From Fonticula alba ATCC 38817 (taxonomy: Eukaryota > Protista > Nucleariida), in the NCBI GenBank assembly GCA_000388065.2, contig KB932204.1: 8,565 bases of DNA; one strand, 5' to 3'. Below are positions 6,104 to 8,565 of the stretch, in pieces. A model generated the notes under the pieces. The model was given only the letters and a program-made list of their open reading frames with translations, made no database searches and was not told where the DNA came from. The translations under genes and the position numbers were made by a program. Numbering within the stretch: the stretch's first letter is position 1; each line of letters opens with the position of its first letter.

Positions 6104-8317
6104 ATGTCCGTGCGTATCGTCCTGGCACCCCCCCCCCCCATACACACACACACACACACCCACACGCCCGTGTTCTCGCCCTGGCGTCTCCCCCGCTGAC
6201 TTGACACTCCTTTCCCCCGCCCGGAAGTCATACGACGACTACGGAGTCAATGACGGAGCTGGCGACTACGGGATATCCTACCAACAAGATGTCGGGTGCG
6301 CATCCTCCCCCCCCCCCCCCCCCTCACAGCTTGCCACTCTGCCTGACGGTGCCAAGGCGCCCCTCCCTCCCTTCCCCTCTGACCCCACGCCATCCTTCCC
6401 GCTCCCTCACCGCCCCCAAATGCCCAGCTACGACCTTGATGGCGACCATGAGGTGTGCCCGTCGGTGGCTGCCGGTGGCAACACCACCCTTGACGACCGC
6501 CCACGTATCTTGCTGATGGGCCTCCGGTGGTGCGTGACGCACTCGCTCCTCCCTGCAGCCCCCTCCCCCGGCCACATGCACTCACACACATGGCCCCATC
6601 ACCCCTCGCCTCGGTCTGCCCCACCCTCAGCTCCGGTAAGTCTTCCATTCAGAAGGTTGTCTTCCACAAGATGTCCCCCAATGAGACCCTCTTCCTGGAG
6701 TCCACCAGCAAGGTGGTCCGCAGCGATGTGTCACACTCGTCCCTGGTCCAGTTCCAGGTGTGGGACTTTCCCGGACAGATTGACTTTTTCGACCCCTCCT
6801 TCGACGCGGCGCGTATCTTCAGCAATTGCGGGGCTCTGGTCTTCGTGATTGACGCGCAGGATGAGTACATCGAGGCTCTGAGCCGTCTGCATGCCACGGT
6901 GGTCCGGGCATACCGGGTCAATCCGAACATCGCCTTCGAGGTGTTCATCCACAAGGTGGACGGGCTGAATGATGAGATCAAGGCGGGTGCGTATGCGGCG
7001 GGCCGGCGGGCCTTGCCATTGGGCTAGTGGCTGGAGGCCGGGTGAGCAGGCGGCGGACCGTTCCTTTCTTTTTTTTTTTTTCCGCCTCCACTCCGAGCTT
7101 CCAGACATTTGTGTGGCTATGTGGAGCTGACCCTCCTGTCCATGCACATTTACCCTGTGCCCTCTTTCTTTGCCCGCCACTCTCTCCCCCCCCCCTGACC
7201 TCGGGCCCACAGAGACACAGCATGACATTCAGCAGCGTGCCACGGATGAGCTGGCTGACTCGCACCTGGACACCATCCATCTGGCCTTCCATCTGACCTC
7301 CATTTATGACCATTCCATCTTCGAGGCCTTCTCCAAGGTGGTGCAGAAGCTCATCCCCCAGCTGCCGACCCTGGAGAATCTGCTCAACCACCTGTGCTCG
7401 GTATGTGGACACCTCTCGCATTCCCTCCGCCCGGATGTATATTTGCGCGTGCTCACACATGCGCATGTGCTGTCCCCTCTGTCCGGTGCTCCGTCGTCGC
7501 GTTCCCCCCGGGCACTTGCCGCCCGGTCGCCCGCTCCCTTGCTCCGATGGTGCAGAACTCCGGCATCGAGAAGGCCTTCCTCTTTGATGCGGTGTCGAAG
7601 ATTTACATTGCCACCGACTCCTCGCCGGTGGACATGCAAACGTATGAGCTATGTAGCGACATGATTGACGTCGTGCTGGATATGGCGTGCATTTATGGCG
7701 CGCCCGACTTGGCCGATCCCTTCTCGATGGAGGCCGGAGCCGGGGCCCTGCCGGATGCCGGGCATCAGGCCCCCGACACCGGGTCGGAGGGCGTGCACCC
7801 CCCGGATCACCACCACCACCACCATCACCACCACCATCACCACCACCACTCCTCGCATGCGCATGGCGCCCTGCATGATCACCATCACAATCACCACCAC
7901 CATGGCCATTCGGACCTGGACCTGGGCTTTGACGATGATCCCTCTGATGCGGGGAAGAGGTCCAGCTCGACGGATGCCCTTGCGGCTCAGCTCCAGCATA
8001 CCGGTCTTTCTGGCTCGGACGCGGTGGGTGGCTCGGCCACCGGCGGCGGCGAGCCCGACGCCGACGCCCCGGAGTACAACCCCTCGAGTGCCGATGCGCA
8101 AATCCAACTGAGCAATGGCATGACCCTGCTTCTGCGTGAGGTGAATCGCCACTTGGCGCTGGTGGGACTGGCCCGGTCGGACGCCCTGTCCGGGCGCCAG
8201 GGCCTGGTGGACTACAACATCGAGCGCTTCCGCACGGCGGTTGGCGATGTGCTGGCTGCGCGGGCATCCCGCGGCCCGAATGCCCTGACCAAGACGGTCC
8301 TCAGCTCTAACAACTGA
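6104..8317 (+). CDS. GTR2: Rag GTPase, RagC/D (Gtr2) subfamily; join(6104..6109,6228..6295,6428..6529,6631..6986,7213..7400,7556..8317), 493 aa
   Basis: Spliced product contains [78 protein letters not shown] and [26 protein letters not shown], which I recognise as RRAGC/RRAGD/Gtr2 motifs (RagA/B has DCGGQ instead). Exons 3-6 are well supported; the first two exons are less certain. Confidence 0.93.
6110..6227 (+). other. Rag intron 1 (118 nt, phase 0)
   Basis: ATGTCC|GTGCGT donor, C12 and (AC)9 inside, CTGAC 6196-6200, the only AG in the interval is the terminal AAG. Confidence 0.7.
6296..6427 (+). other. Rag intron 2 (132 nt, phase 2)
   Basis: GG|GTGCGC donor, C17 run, CTGAC 6379-6383, CCCAG acceptor; removes Pro-rich read-through, giving YQQDV-G-YDLDGD. 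Confidence 0.65.
6530..6630 (+). other. Rag intron 3 (101 nt, phase 2), inside the P-loop
   Basis: TG|GTGCGT donor and TCAG|C acceptor restore GxxxxGKS spacing (GLRCSGKS). Confidence 0.9.
6987..7212 (+). other. Rag intron 4 (226 nt, phase 1)
   Basis: G|GTGCGT donor, CTGAC 7195-7199, CAG acceptor; gives [14 protein letters not shown], collinear with RagC KIETQRDIHQRA. Confidence 0.92.
7401..7555 (+). other. Rag intron 5 (155 nt, phase 0)
   Basis: G|GTATGT donor, only AG is the terminal CAG; gives [12 protein letters not shown], collinear with RagC. Confidence 0.92.
7808..7849 (+). repeat. Coding trinucleotide repeat (CAC)5 CAT (CAC)3 CAT (CAC)4 = His14
   Basis: Read directly, in frame within the last Rag exon. 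Confidence 0.95.
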
Positions 8318-8403
8318 CTCGCGTGATGACGCACGCCGCGCTGTGTGTCCGGCCCGAATGGAAACATCGGCGGCGTGGCCATACAATCGTGTGCCTCCTC
8401 ACA

Positions 8404-8409
8404 AATAAA
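8404..8409 (+). terminator. Putative polyadenylation signal AATAAA of the Rag gene
   Basis: Canonical hexamer about 90 nt after the TGA at 8315-8317. Confidence 0.55.
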
Positions 8410-8565
8410 TACAAGCCTGAAGAATGGGAAGAAAAAAAAAGACATACAAACAGGAGCCACTCGCTCGGAAAGAAAATGCCCCACCCACCCATGTGCGTGT
8501 GGGTCCTTCAAAGTCGGGGATCGGTGTAAGAGAGGGGGGGTGGGCCCGGGGATGCGGGGGGGCGG

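Noticed and set aside
6527-6532. Alternative donor GTGGTG for Rag intron 3
   Set aside because: Gives GLRSGKS, one residue short of the GxxxxGKS P-loop.
6636-6641. Perfect GTAAGT donor-like hexamer
   Set aside because: It is the Gly-Lys-Ser P-loop coding sequence 5 nt into the exon; using it would delete the G domain.
7456-7469. 14-bp palindrome CACATGCGCATGTG in Rag intron 5
   Set aside because: Expected in alternating CA/GC-rich intronic sequence; single copy with no supporting context.
7700-8074. His-rich segment as an unrecognised intron
   Set aside because: No donor matching the local GTRYG pattern, no pyrimidine tract before AG 8073-8074, coding-like codon use and an uninterrupted frame.
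1-8565. CRISPR array, transposon, tRNA/rRNA or prokaryotic defence system
   Set aside because: No spaced direct repeats, terminal inverted repeats, transposase motifs or structured RNA signatures seen; all repeats are simple microsatellites or protein repeats.

Overview
GC-rich eukaryotic genomic DNA with two intron-containing genes in tandem on the + strand; no prokaryotic system, mobile element or RNA gene is visible. Gene 1 (ATG 437, stop 5196, 6 exons, 1209 aa as spliced by hand) is a single-pass receptor-like Ser/Thr kinase of the TKL type: signal peptide, an 82-Cys ectodomain with 8 furin-like repeats, a TM helix and a catalytically intact non-RD (HCDLKPSN) kinase domain. Gene 2 (ATG 6104, stop 8317, 6 exons, 493 aa) is a RagC/D (Gtr2) GTPase of the TORC1 pathway with a 125-aa His/Asp/Gly-rich loop (14 consecutive His) in its C-terminal roadblock domain. 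All 10 introns were placed using GT-AG ends, phase matching and restoration of conserved motifs. Their donors are dominated by GTGCGT and none has the canonical +4 A. The style (high GC, CA-repeat introns, Cys-rich TKL receptor) resembles the aggregative amoeba Fonticula alba, but that is inference from memory, not a search result. I see no new multi-gene system. The best leads are the poly-His RagC loop, the non-RD receptor kinase and the unusual splice-site dialect.
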